From Isurus oxyrinchus (lineage: Eukaryota): 64,000 nt of DNA. The notes under the pieces were generated by a model that searched no databases, was not told the DNA's origin, and worked only from the letters and a program-made list of their open reading frames with translations. The position numbers and the translations under genes are program-made. This document shows positions 12,875-24,179 of this stretch, piece by piece (within the stretch, counting starts at the first letter, position 1; each line of letters begins with the position of its first letter). The stretch spans positions 34,844,001 through 34,908,000 of the forward strand of contig JANJGN010000026.1 of assembly GCA_026770705.1 (NCBI GenBank), read 5' to 3'.

Positions 12875-14284
12875 CATGGATCTGGAACTATCTCTCCATT
12901 TGTCTGTCACTGTTTCTGTTAGTTGGCACAGCGACAGTTACTCCTGATAGTGGGACATTGAACATGAATGGCAATGTGCACAGAGCAGATAGTTATCCTC
13001 GTTAAAGGTAGAGATCCTCTTCTGCAATGAGGGAGGATCAATTGTGTATTAAGGAACTCTGCTGGTTACCTAAAAACATCTACCCAATATAATATTAATG
13101 ACTATATTAATAACAATATTAATAATTCATTTTGCCGTAGTTTTGAACATTCGCAAAGGGTTTCAAGGTATACATTCAGAGCAGAAATTTGTGTGGAAAG
13201 GTGATTACTGAATATTCCCACATTGATTTCTCGTTGGAGGCTTCATTTCACAACACGACTTCTCTCCGATCCTAAAACATCTCACAATGCAACTGCAACT
13301 GTATGAAAACCATGAGCTTGGATTCATATCATCCTATAGAGCACTGACCCTGTATTCATGTTCAAAACTGTGATTCAAATCACTTCGCCGACTCAGTTCT
13401 GTCTATTTCATGCACCATGTCTGATCTAACCAGAATCTCCATCGCGGCAATCCTGAGCATATCTCATTGGAGTACTGACCTCACCCATCCAACTCGTGAA
13501 GAATTGATTCTTTGCACAAATGTACTGAATGGAAAGCTTCTCGGGAGTATGGTTAAAGGGGTTAAGGGCTTTTGAATTTTTGACAACAATCTGTAATACC
13601 CATCGGATATGTTTCATTTTCAAACAATATTTTGCCGGACTGAAAGTCACAGTTCATGAACGTTTTTCCTATGGTGTTCAGAATGGTATGACTGCACAGA
13701 ATCACAGAGCAGCAAGAAATTACAAGGGAAATTGGAAAAAAATGTATGTATTCAACCATCTGCTATGTTTCCGCTGCGATTGAAGTAATTTGGTTGAGGA
13801 TATGCTGAGTGTTTTGTTGTACGTGAAAAGGCTGCATGTTGCACATGTTTTAATCCTCGTTTCTCATCATAGTCATGAAACCGCTTTCTAACTTTGAGAT
13901 GAAGTTTCAGCATCACCAGAAAAAGATCATCAGGGATATCTCCAGGTTGCACTTGGTGACGTTCAGCTCGTCAGCTGTCAACAGCCAAGGAATTGGAATG
14001 ATCCAGAAAATCGTGAAGGACTGAAAGCACCAGACAGACGCAAATGGAATAAAGGACCTGCTGTAAGTTATGGAGCAGTCAATCGTAAAGGTGAAAATGT
14101 CAGGCACATCCACCCACATTCCACCGATCCATTCACCCATCTGAAGAAGAGTCTAAACCGTTAACACTCGTTCTCTTTACACAAATGTTGTCAGACCTGC
14201 TGAGCTTTTCCAGCATTTTCTGTTTTTCCGTCCGTCCATCCGTCCATCACGTTTCCATGGTTAACCGTGTAATAATTTCTGCAG

Positions 14285-14574
14285 GAGTGAGTTCTGGAGG
14301 TTCAGTCGGACAGTGGTCAACAGAAGCCCAATAACTAGAGGAATCTCGATGAGCATAAATTGCATCTATTCAACTTCAGATATAAATTATTTTTTGCTGC
14401 TTCATCGTCAAAACCAGAACCTGGCTCCAGCTTTCCTAATTCGGGCACATTCTTGTGAAAAAACATTAAAGTTCGCTTTCCAGTCATTCGAAAAATACCC
14501 AGGAATATAGTTGCTTTCACGTTGTTTGTGCTTCAGGTCGCTAACAATCCCGTGAATTACTGTGTGCTGAGACC
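14285..14574 (+). pseudogene. TCR alpha/delta V pseudogene
   Basis: AG acceptor 14283-84; GVSSGGSVGQ, SINCIYSTSDINYFLLLHRQNQNLAPAFLI and VNYCVLR lie in different frames with stops; degenerate heptamer CTCAGTG 14575-81. Confidence 0.8.
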
Positions 14575-15293
14575 CTCAGTGAGAAAGGTCTCGGGGCAAC
14601 TCGCACTGTTCCCGTGTTTTGTGAGATCAGTGAAAATAAGATTCATTAGTTTCGGCCACCAGGTGGCACATCAGGCCGTGGATTCCCACCTCCTGACATA
14701 CTTGCTTAAAAATACTTGAGGAGAAATGGTGTTTCATCTCGTATGTGTGCCCATTAGTGTGACGTTTCCTTAGAGACCTATAATTGGGAAGTTTTATTTC
14801 AGTATTAATCAACAGCCCAGCTCCAGTACATTGGGATGGGATGCCCAGTTGTTCTGTTCCTCACGACAGATTCAGCCCCTTGATTTAACTGACTTCAACA
14901 ATGAAAGTATCTGAAAGTATATGAAAGGATAATACAACAATTCCTTAATTCCAGTCGCCAGACTGTTTTCCCCAGATTCGTAATGACTATCAACGTAACG
15001 CAGTCCTTACAGACCGGCAGAATTATATAATTTCTGTTGAGTGCATTAGTTTTGAATTCCGCTCATTATAGTTAGATTTTACGACTGACAACAGTGCCCG
15101 CGGCCGCCTCCCCCATAGTTCTGTTCGTTTCTCTCGCTCTGACCATCCTTGCCTTTTCTGTGATTTGGAAAGTTGTTATCCATTTTTCCTGGTTTGACGT
15201 TGGTTGGATCAACAGTACAGTGCGCCGGGGATCTGCACTTCTGCCCTGACAGAGGATTTGGCGGACTGCAGAGTTACAGACTCAGGGAGCATC

Positions 15294-15906
15294 ATGGGGA
15301 ATTACATCACACCCGGTCCTCGTCATTATATCACTTCTTCGTAAGCATTTCCTTCCCAGAAAAAATCCGTTCTCCCCCTGACTGCTATAATCCACATGAT
15401 ATTAATTGTAAGGTGATGCTGCTGATGATGAAACTACTTGAAATAATGGTGATGATGATCCTGATAATGATGACATCTACCCGACTACTTTATGTTAGGA
15501 TGGAGCCATCCACGCACAGTGGTCGGGTCGGTTGCTGAAATGATGCCGAAGCTGAAATGATGCCGAAGACGGCAGTAATACCACGTGATCTGAATCTTGA
15601 AAACATATCTCCACAACCATACAAAGAGTCATACGGATTCGAAATGTTAACTTTCTTCCTCTCCGCAGATGCTGTCAGAAACTGCTGAGTTTTTCTAGCT
15701 ATTTTTATTTTTGCTCCATAACCATTTGTTCTGGTATAGTCAGCAGCCCGATCAACATCCACATCTCTCGAATAATCTGATCGATGTGAATGAAAACAAG
15801 AAGACAGACATCATTGGTCAATTCTCTTCTACATTTAAGTAACTACCAAGATAACGGAGCTGAGGCTTTGACTGCTACGCAGCCGAGTATTTCTGTGCAC
15901 AAGTCC
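15294..15906 (+). pseudogene. TCR V pseudogene of the 36.8-kb family, interrupted by a repeat insertion (~15620-15720)
   Basis: Frameshifted leader 15294-15340 then GTAAGC; exon from 15499 GWSH...; LFWYSQQP..., EYFCA; promoter and RSS-spacer remnant homologous to the 36.8-kb V. Confidence 0.8.
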
Positions 15907-17739
15907 CAGGACAAAGATACGGCGGATCCCGGTCAAAATGCCAGAACGAGCGACTCAGTTAATGCTCAGCAGAGGGCGCTCGAACACCGGGAAACAAGGG
16001 CAAATATTCAGCCTTAGTGTCAGATTCAGGCGGAGCTTCCTGAAAAGAGCAAGAAACCCGTAACATTTTGTTGGGCCATGACCTCCGAGCTCCAAGGCCG
16101 TGTAAGTGGGCGATACACCAAAGATGCGCCGGGGAACACCCCGCCCGGAGTTCCCAGGCCAGATTTACACGGCAATTCTCCGGGAAGTAGACACTTCCCA
16201 TGGGCAATTGCTCTATACTGGGAACAAACAGAAAATACAATTTACATTGCAAACCTCGAATGGTTCCGACTGTCCGACATCAAGAGTTGCACAGAAAAAG
16301 TTAGAATTAAAACCACTTCTAGCTTCTGGGTGACTTTGTACAGAGCCACACTGACACCCACGAGTTTCCTTCCGCAATCCCGAACTCCCAGGGACTACCC
16401 CCACTTCTCAGACTCCAACTACCCCCACGGGACACCCCTAACCCCCGAACCCCCAGGGGACTCCCCGCACCTCACGACTACTCTCAGCCGCCTAAACCCA
16501 GCTGCACATATAAAGAAAGTCCAGTGAATAGTGAAATAGACGGAGAATTTCTCACCGTCTGGCAGCGCGGGATCCTGTGGATTGTAAACGGAAGAGGGAG
16601 GCGGAGAGAGAGAAGCATAAGTAAAAGCAGAAATGATATAAATAAATAGAGTTAACAAATCCAGGCAGGAAGCAGAAAAGGAGACAGCGGGTTAAAATTA
16701 TTGAATCGTGCGATGGCAGTGATTGAAAGGAAGATCTGAACATTGTCCCTGTGCACGGAGTGCCGCCTGCTCCAAGGTGCATCAGCCCCACACTTTATAC
16801 CGAGTGTTTAAAACCTGAACAATGTTCGGTGACGGTGAGTGAAACCCCTTTCTTCCGCCGTCGCCTCCACCATCACCATCGTATATCAGCTCAGTGCCTG
16901 TCTGGCCTCAATGGTTAAAGACCTGAGATAGTTACCTGTGAAGATCAGCGGATGAGGTCCCCATGGTGAATAATTTCAGTGCCGTCTGCTCTCACTAGTT
17001 AAAGATTTGAAACATTGAGCTGTGACAGACGAATGTATACCTCGTTTACGGATTAGCCCTGTGTCTGTCTGCATGCTTTCAGACACCGACACAATGCCGA
17101 ATATAAAGTTGAGAGGAAGAACGATGGGCGATGCATAGGGAGTTTGATAAAAATGAGACTTAGTATGGTGATAATGCAGAGAAACACTAACAGAAGGACA
17201 TAAATGAAAGTGAGATTGATTACATTGAGTGGTAGAGAGACATATTAACAGAGAAAGATGTGTAATGCTGTGGTGAGGACTGAATAGTAGAAGGGTATTG
17301 ATGCAGAAATGCATTTATAAATATAAAGGGACAGAAAGTAAACAATTGATAATGGCTATTCTCCCATATGACATTGGTGCAGTGAACAGCCGGAAAGGGG
17401 TCATCAGTGCTCTGTACAATACAAATGGACAAGAGAGACTAACACTGACTGAAGTTCTGGGATGTATACACAGTCTGTAGACTCCTCAGTGACACCAGGA
17501 AACATGAAAATTGGAGATTTTAATCAGGAAAATGGGAATCACGCTAAAGGAAACAACGGGAAACAGGCAAACATTAGCACACAGCTAACAGAAGAAAACA
17601 GCAAGTAAAAAAAAAAAACAAACTTGTGGTATAGGAATCTGAGAGCCTTTAATGTGACTTGAGTGACGGCCACCTCAGTGCATAAACCCAGTGCCTGGTC
17701 GTACACAGTTACTCAAGGATTAAGCAATACTCATTTATT

Positions 17740-18210
17740 AGTGCACAGTAAAATACCTCTGTTTACATTAAACCAGAGGTCACCTCATTTATTACTGCAC
17801 TGCACTGTTACACTATTACTGCATTAGATATGCCTCCGCTTATGTTAGACGAGGCCCTATTTTTGTTATTACTGACTACAACATTTTAATGCTTATGTTT
17901 ATATTACACTAGACACTGCCCCAATTGAACTACACTAGACCACATCCCACTTTATATTGCATTTGTTCCTTTTTTCAGTTATTTGCAATAGATTGCATCT
18001 TTGTCTCTGTGATCCTAGGTCATATCTCAGTTATTATTGCAAAAGGTCATCTCCATTTGTGTTAGGCAACATCCTGTCCCAGTATTACACAAGATAATGT
18101 CACTTTTAAATTACAGTAGCCCATGTCTCTATTTACGGTACATGAGACCCAATCTCATTTATTGCGGCATTACTCATGTCTGCTTGCATTACACTCGGCC
18201 TTGCCTGAAT
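17740..18210 (-). repeat. Degenerate 27-bp minisatellite array
   Basis: Same unit family as 4.2-5.1 kb; boundaries approximate. Confidence 0.6.
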
Positions 18211-18920
18211 TACTACTGCTTAAAAAGGCTTTGAAATGTTCGATCAGCCATGATTGTATTGAATGGCGGAGCAGCCTTGACGGGCTGAATGGCCTTCTCC
18301 TGTTCGTATGTTCCTTTGCTTCCAAATCCCGTACTATTGGCATTAATCTGAAGCAGACACTAGCCACCTAGCCAAGTAAGGTAACGAGCTTCCACTTACT
18401 CATTGTGTATGTTGTGTACATCTGCCAGGATATTGGTAATGTCACTGGACTCCCTCATATTGTAAACTGGCCCTCAGTTGCTGGGCCAGGAAAGATGCCA
18501 AGTCTGAGACGCTGGCCTTCAGGTCAGAAGTTTAATTGAGGTCCCGCCAGTCCGCTCAGGGCGATGTTAAACAATCTCCGGAATATTGGAGTAAGAGCGG
18601 GGAGGGGGGATTCTGCTGGTGTCCTGGGCCCACATTCCACCTTTAACAAACACCACCCAATACAAACACATGCACTGACCTCCCAGTTCATTGCTGTGGG
18701 GAAAGGAAGGAGGCAGCACAACTGGCAGAAAGAAAAGCTCCCCTCCCCCACTCATGTACACCAGAGTATTATGGGAGGGGCTTTCATATCCGGATCACAA
18801 TCCAAATGTGGAGTCAGAAAATTGCAGCCTCCTTTTATAAACCTGCCTCTTATTCACACAGCACTTAGCCAGCGACCCGGGAACCGTGCTGCCCATCAAT
18901 GATCTCAGCTAAACTGCCCT

Positions 18921-19022
18921 GTGCAAATCAACTCGGCCCCGTGAAAATATTTCAGTCCAGCTCTGAGGTCCGGTCTCCCAGTGCAGTCCAGGGCTGCGGT
19001 CTCTAGCTTCCCGTCATATAAA
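18921..19022 (+). promoter_or_regulatory. NAR-TCR V promoter
   Basis: Octamer-like GTGCAAAT 18921-28, CGTCA 19012-16, TATAAA 19017-22 ending 24 nt before the leader ATG at 19047. Confidence 0.55.
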
Positions 19023-19046
19023 CCCTCAGCTCCAGGCAGCAGAATA

Positions 19047-19520
19047 ATGGGAATCCTCCTTGTTTTCACCCTGTGTGTCTGTTTACCCCGTGAGTACCGA
19101 TCAAACAAACCGACATTGTGTGGGTTTAATATAAAGCTGCCCGAGTCCATCCCAATTACAAACACTGTCTGGGGTTTTGACCTAGTTCTCTGGTTCGGCT
19201 TTGATGGTCCATTGAACTCTCTCTGTTTAATTTCCAGGCTCTTTCAGTCAGTCAGTGACACAGACCCCGGCAGCGGTGACCAGGAAGGAGTGCCAGTCTC
19301 TCACCATCACCTGTGTTTTCTCCGGTGCTTCGTGGTATGATTTCCAAACGGGACATTTCTTCAAACAAACCCAGACCGGGACAGAGCGGGAGCGGATCTC
19401 CAGCGGGGGGAGATTTGTTGTGTCGGTGAATAAAGCACAAAATACATTTTCGCTGGAAATTGAGGAATTGAGAGTTGAGGACACCGCCACCTATTACTGT
19501 AAAGCTCATTACTACAGATA
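19047..19520 (+). CDS. NARTCR: NAR-TCR V gene segment (leader exon 19047-19089, V exon 19238-19520)
   Basis: MGILLVFTLCVCLP(R)SFSQSVTQTPAAVTRKECQSLTITCVFSGASWYDFQTGHFFKQTQTGTERERISSGGRFVVSVNKAQNTFSLEIEELRVEDTATYYCKAHYYRY. Open frame, GT/AG phase-1 intron, IgNAR-like CDR2 deletion (ERISSGGRF), YYCKA, extra FR1 Cys. Confidence 0.95.
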
Positions 19521-19558
19521 CACAGTGATGGGCCTCGGCTTCCTGCGATACAAAATCT
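19521..19558 (+). other. RSS of NAR-TCR V (22-nt spacer)
   Basis: CACAGTG 19521-27, 22 nt, ACAAAATCT 19550-58. Confidence 0.9.
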
Positions 19559-19884
19559 CACTGCAGGTTATCAGAGAAACAAATGAAAAAGTGGTGTTAA
19601 TTCTGCAGTTAAACCCCCACAGTTCCACCTCACACCGTCTGCCCCACATTCTAGTTTATAATGGAATTGGATTATTGCCGTTAACATCTTGAGTTTTATA
19701 AATGCCGAGTGCGGGCGGATGGTGATGTCTTTCCCGGGATTGGTGTCAGTGAATCGGGATTGGGAATGATTGATCCCAGTTACAAACCCCTACCACCAGA
19801 TGTGATCCTGGTCTAACAGCTGGAACCAGGAACCACAGTCCCCGGTGTTTAACTAATGTCCCCACATCTCACCAAGTACCCGGG

Positions 19885-19957
19885 GGGTTTTATACTGACT
19901 TGTAACACTGTGTGGGAGTATGGGGAAGTCACAGTGGGAAAGACCTGAGCAAATACC
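19885..19957 (+). other. NARTCR: NAR-TCR D segment (19913-19929, TGGGAGTATGGGGAAGT) flanked by 12-RSS on both sides
   Basis: GGGTTTTAT-12-CACTGTG (19885-19912) and CACAGTG-12-GCAAATACC (19930-19957); open in all three forward frames (WEYGE, GSMGK, GVWGS). Confidence 0.92.
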
Positions 19958-20265
19958 TCTGTACGGTCACAATATAAATTCTCCTGGTCTGGATAGTGAA
20001 TTGTTGTGTTATTATCGCTGGAATCTAGCTACATTTCATCGTAATTTCCATCATTCAGTTATCTTTTTTAATATTTTTCTCGCTTTATATGAAGCGAAAA
20101 TCTCGTCCCCGGGACCATTTCCTGAGAGCTCAGGGCCTCACAAAGAACAGTTTGAACCGACAGAGACTTTAGAACATGGAATATTGTTTGTTTATTTCAA
20201 TCCGTTGAATAGTTGGGCAGTTTCTACTGTCTGATGATGATTTCCAGGCAGGTTGAGGTGTCGGT

Positions 20266-20354
20266 GGTTGTTGCACCGGGGACACTGAGAGTGGAGTCAC
20301 TGTGGAAATATTATTATGCGGATGGATCCGGGACGGTGGTGACTGTCACAGCCG
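20266..20354 (+). other. NARTCR: NAR-TCR J segment (20305-20354) with 23-RSS
   Basis: GGTTGTTGC-23-CACTGTG (20266-20304); KYYYADGSGTVVTVTA; phase-1 donor G|GTAAGT at 20355. Confidence 0.93.
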
Positions 20355-21229
20355 GTAAGTGACTCCAAACCCCGCCGGGTTACAGCCTGTCCTCTGTCAG
20401 TTTATTACTGATGTCAGTGGGGTCTGGGGGGATGTGAGAGTTGACAGAATCTGGGGCGTTATCGGTTTAACGGGAACATTGGGGACATGATCAACATCAC
20501 AGACTCTCACAGTCTGAATCGCTTTTAATGAGCACAGGTTGTTGACACTCAGGACTCCACACCCGGTGTTAACTGTGACCGAGGGAGCTCTGTCTGTCCC
20601 TGAGAGCCCAGGAGCGGGGTAACAGAGCTCTCTCCTGGGCAGCAGATTGCAGTTCAAGCCGCGCAATGTGAATGAGGTACCGGGTGAATAAATTCAACAC
20701 AACTGAGGCCAGTTCAGATACCTTCCAGACCTGACCCGGGAGAAAAATGGGAGAGTGACACAAGGGGCCTCAGATATATGAGATCCTGATGTGAGTCCAG
20801 GTTGAATTCTATATTTGACAATCAGTGACTAAAATTAGTGACATTGTCCCCGCCATTTCTTTCAATTGCCTTTATAGAACCAATCACTTTCCTCCTTTTC
20901 CGTCCTCAGAACGAAATGTGGAAGTTTGGAACTGCAGACACTTCTCTATATTGAATGTAGATGTTTGAGAGATGTGATTGCTGTAATTTATCTGTATCCC
21001 TGATTACTGTGAACTGAAACAGCACAGTGCAGTGAGACAGTGAGGATGATGTATTAATCGTATAAAGGAGAGGAGGGTCATAAGGAAACAATTATAAGCT
21101 AGGAGAATGATCATTTAGAATCGGCAAGAAAGAAATAATCGAAAGGGAGAGAACGATTGGATGATTTCTGGGCGATTTTCAAAGTAACATTCGACTCGGT
21201 GGTGGGTGAGGTTTATGGAGGGAAGGACT

Positions 21230-21790
21230 GAAATAGACTCCAGTCCGGAATGCTGTGTAAAGTTTTGGTCCCCTTTTAGAAGGGAGATCAATCTGCATTG
21301 GAAGGAGTGCAACAAAGGTTCATCAGACTGATTCCTGAGATGAAGGAATTGTCTAATGGGAAGAGATTTAGTCGTCTCGGTCTGTATTTCCTAGAGTTTA
21401 GAAGAATGAGATGTGATCTCATGAAAACATATAATATTCTGAAGGGACTTGACAGGGCAGATTCTGGGTCGGTGTCTCCTCAGACTGAGGAGTATATAAC
21501 TTGGGGTCACAGCTTCAGTATAAAGAGTCATCCATTAGAACTGAGAAGGAAAATAATTCTTCAATAGAATCACTGTTGTTAATCTGTGGCATTCCGTAAC
21601 TCAGAGAGCGGTGGGTGTTCATAATCTATGTGCATTCAAGACAATATTTGATAGGTTTTCAGACATTAAAGGGATCAGCGATATGGGGAGAGTGCGGGAA
21701 TGTGACGTAGCGGTTGTAAATCAGCCAGGATATTACTGAATGGCTGAGCAAGTTTGAAAGGTGATATGGGGGCTCCTGCTTCTATTGATT
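21230..21790 (+). mobile_element. CR1 LINE 3' fragment
   Basis: EGVQQRFIRLIPEMK...RRMRCDLMKTYNILKGLDR followed by a CR1-type 3' UTR. Confidence 0.8.
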
Positions 21791-23265
21791 GGATGCTCTG
21801 CTTTGATTTCTTACACTCCTGAGGGAAGAAACAATCAGCAACAATCCACATCTCTCTGGGAAGATTGAACAGGCTGGGTCTCTTTTTTCTGGAAAACAGA
21901 ACCACAAGGAGAATCCATGGAAATCTTTCAATATTGAACGGGTTTAATCTGGACAAATTGAATGTAAAGCAATAGGCGTCAACATATGAAACTAAATAAC
22001 AGAACAGATAAAACATTTAAAACAAATGAATTTAAAGAAAGGCAGGTCAGAATGTGGAACTTGCTGCCTCAGGGAGAGGTTGGAGATTGTATTGATATCG
22101 TAATTGGAACACTTGAAAATACAGGAGGGAGAACGGAACAGACCAACACAGGGAGCTGGATGTAAATGGTCAATTAGATTTCTGGTGGGGTCAAGCGGGA
22201 ATTGATTATATACACAGGCTGAATGGCCCATTCCTCTTCCTCATTCTTCTTCCTCAATAATGTAAAATTGAGAGAAAACTCCATCCAGTAATCCCCGGAG
22301 AGATCAGTCAGTGGGCGGGAAGAATTGAAATCGTCAGAGAGCCGGAAGAGGCAGTTCCCAGTGAGTAACAGTAAAACCACTGCGGAAACTGAATAACTAA
22401 ACCCAGCCGACAACTCAGAGAGATTGGGACAAGTTCCCACGGTTGCAAAAAAACGCAAACAGCACAAAATAAATGTGAAATAAAGGGAATGTGAAATTGA
22501 AGAAATAAAATAAAATTAATTGCACCTATTTGATATTAAGCTGAACTGGAGAAAATAGGACCCTATTGTTAGAACATAAAGAAATAGAGCAAAAGGCAGA
22601 TAGAAATTCCTGAACAGTTTTAAACCGCAGTAAATGATTGACCTTTCACCACGAGAGTTGCTCACTCTCGGTTTGGCCCAATCGGTGCGGATGAATCCCA
22701 TCAGTTTGTGTTGGATCTTGCTGTGCACGGTCATGCCACACAGCTGTGTTTCTCTTCGACAAACATGCTTTTTTTGGAAACTGGTTGCCTCGCTGAACAT
22801 GAAATGCTCTCTCGTGTTTGTGTCTCACCAAGGGAAATAGAAACGGGAATGTAATATAATTCATAGAATTATCCAGCACGGAATGATGACATTCGGCCCC
22901 TCGTGTAGGTGCTGACCCTTTAAAAGTGCAATCCAATTGTTCCCACTGCCCATGAATTTTCTCCATAGCTTTATATTTTTATTTACATTTCCAGCACAGA
23001 CCTATTACCCGTTTGAAAGTCACTATTGAATCTATCCCCAACACCAATTCAGACAGTCCAGTCCTGATCGGAAGAACTCGCGATGTAAAATAAAGCATCA
23101 CATCATTCCCCATTTGGTCATATTTTCAAAACAGTGAACACGGTTCAAGTAGGCTTCCAGCAAATAAAATTACAGCAAAAAGCAGAGCTATTCACGTGAT
23201 TGACAGATTCTCCTGGACAAACAGTGGCTGAACAAAACGATAGTGTTCATTTTTTTATCCTACAG

Positions 23266-23565
23266 ATTCCAGTTCCATAATTTCCCGGATTTCGCCTCTA
23301 CAAACGTCTGCTGTCGGTGACACCGTTACTTTAAACTGGGAATATTCAGGGTTCTGCGCAGTACACTGGTACCGTCAGTCCTTAGGACAGGCTCCGGAAT
23401 ATCTGCTTCAGGGACAAACTTCAGGAGAGGCGACTAAAGAAAACGCTGCCGGGGGGAGAATTTCTGCTTCCATCGATTCTACCGAGAAAATCAGCCGGTT
23501 AAAGATCTCCAAACTGCAACTGAGCGACTCCGCTGTTTATTACTGTGAACTGAGTCAGCGCACAG
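23266..23565 (+). CDS. Leaderless supporting TCR-delta V of the NAR-TCR cassette (open frame, Cys23->Trp)
   Basis: Acceptor CCTACAG| at 23265; (D)SSSIISRISPLQTSAVGDTVTLNWEYSGFCAVHWYRQSLGQAPEYLLQGQTSGEATKENAAGGRISASIDSTEKISRLKISKLQLSDSAVYYCELSQRT. No leader exon seen upstream; phase matches the NAR J donor (G+AT=Asp); CDR1 Cys at 23355-57. Confidence 0.9.
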
Positions 23566-23780
23566 CACAGTGATACAGAGCACGAAGAGAGCTGTACAAA
23601 AACCTCAACATGGTGCACAGTGATACAGAAACCGGAGGGCGCTGTACAAAAACTTAAAACATGCTTGGAGAACATACACACAGTGATAGACAGCACAGAG
23701 AGAGCTGTACAAAAACCTGAACATGGTGGGGATTACAGACACACTGTGACACAAGGCACGGAGAGAGTTCAAATAATTGT
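23566..23780 (+). repeat. Tandem array of 23-RSSs (3 intact + 1 degenerate)
   Basis: CACAGTG-23-ACAAAAACC 23566-23604; CACAGTG-23-ACAAAAACT 23616-23654; CACAGTG-23-ACAAAAACC 23679-23717; CACTGTG 23742 with a homologous spacer but no nonamer. Confidence 0.95.
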
Positions 23781-23793
23781 CAATTTTCGGGTT

Positions 23794-23959
23794 NNNNNNN
23801 NNNNNNNNNNNNNNNNNNNNNNNNNNNNNNNNNNNNNNNNNNNNNNNNNNNNNNNNNNNNNNNNNNNNNNNNNNNNNNNNNNNNNNNNNNNNNNNNNNNN
23901 NNNNNNNNNNNNNNNNNNNNNNNNNNNNNNNNNNNNNNNNNNNNNNNNNNNNNNNNNNN
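23794..23959. other. Assembly gap
   Basis: Run of N. Confidence 1.
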
Positions 23960-24179
23960 GGAGGGAATCACTCCACGAATGCACTTTCAATTGACCTTAC
24001 AATTTTATGTCACAGAATAAAACCGTTAAACACATCAAGTTCACACGTTCTTTCTGGCTCCGCAGAGCCTTTAATATTTTTATACTTCGAGCCGCCAAAA
24101 TAATTCATTCAATTATCCATTCTTCAACAAGCGATATGCACTTTTTGGGCATAAATGGTTGAAGGTGGCCTGACAGCCT

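Noticed and set aside
19560-20260. Additional D segments, as in IgNAR clusters with three Ds
   Set aside because: Only one segment has paired heptamer-spacer-nonamer signals; other CACAG words (e.g. ~19618, ~19834) lack nonamers.
23566-23780. Repeat-spacer pattern resembling a CRISPR array
   Set aside because: The repeats are RSS heptamer/nonamer elements with mutually homologous spacers in vertebrate DNA; there are no cas genes.
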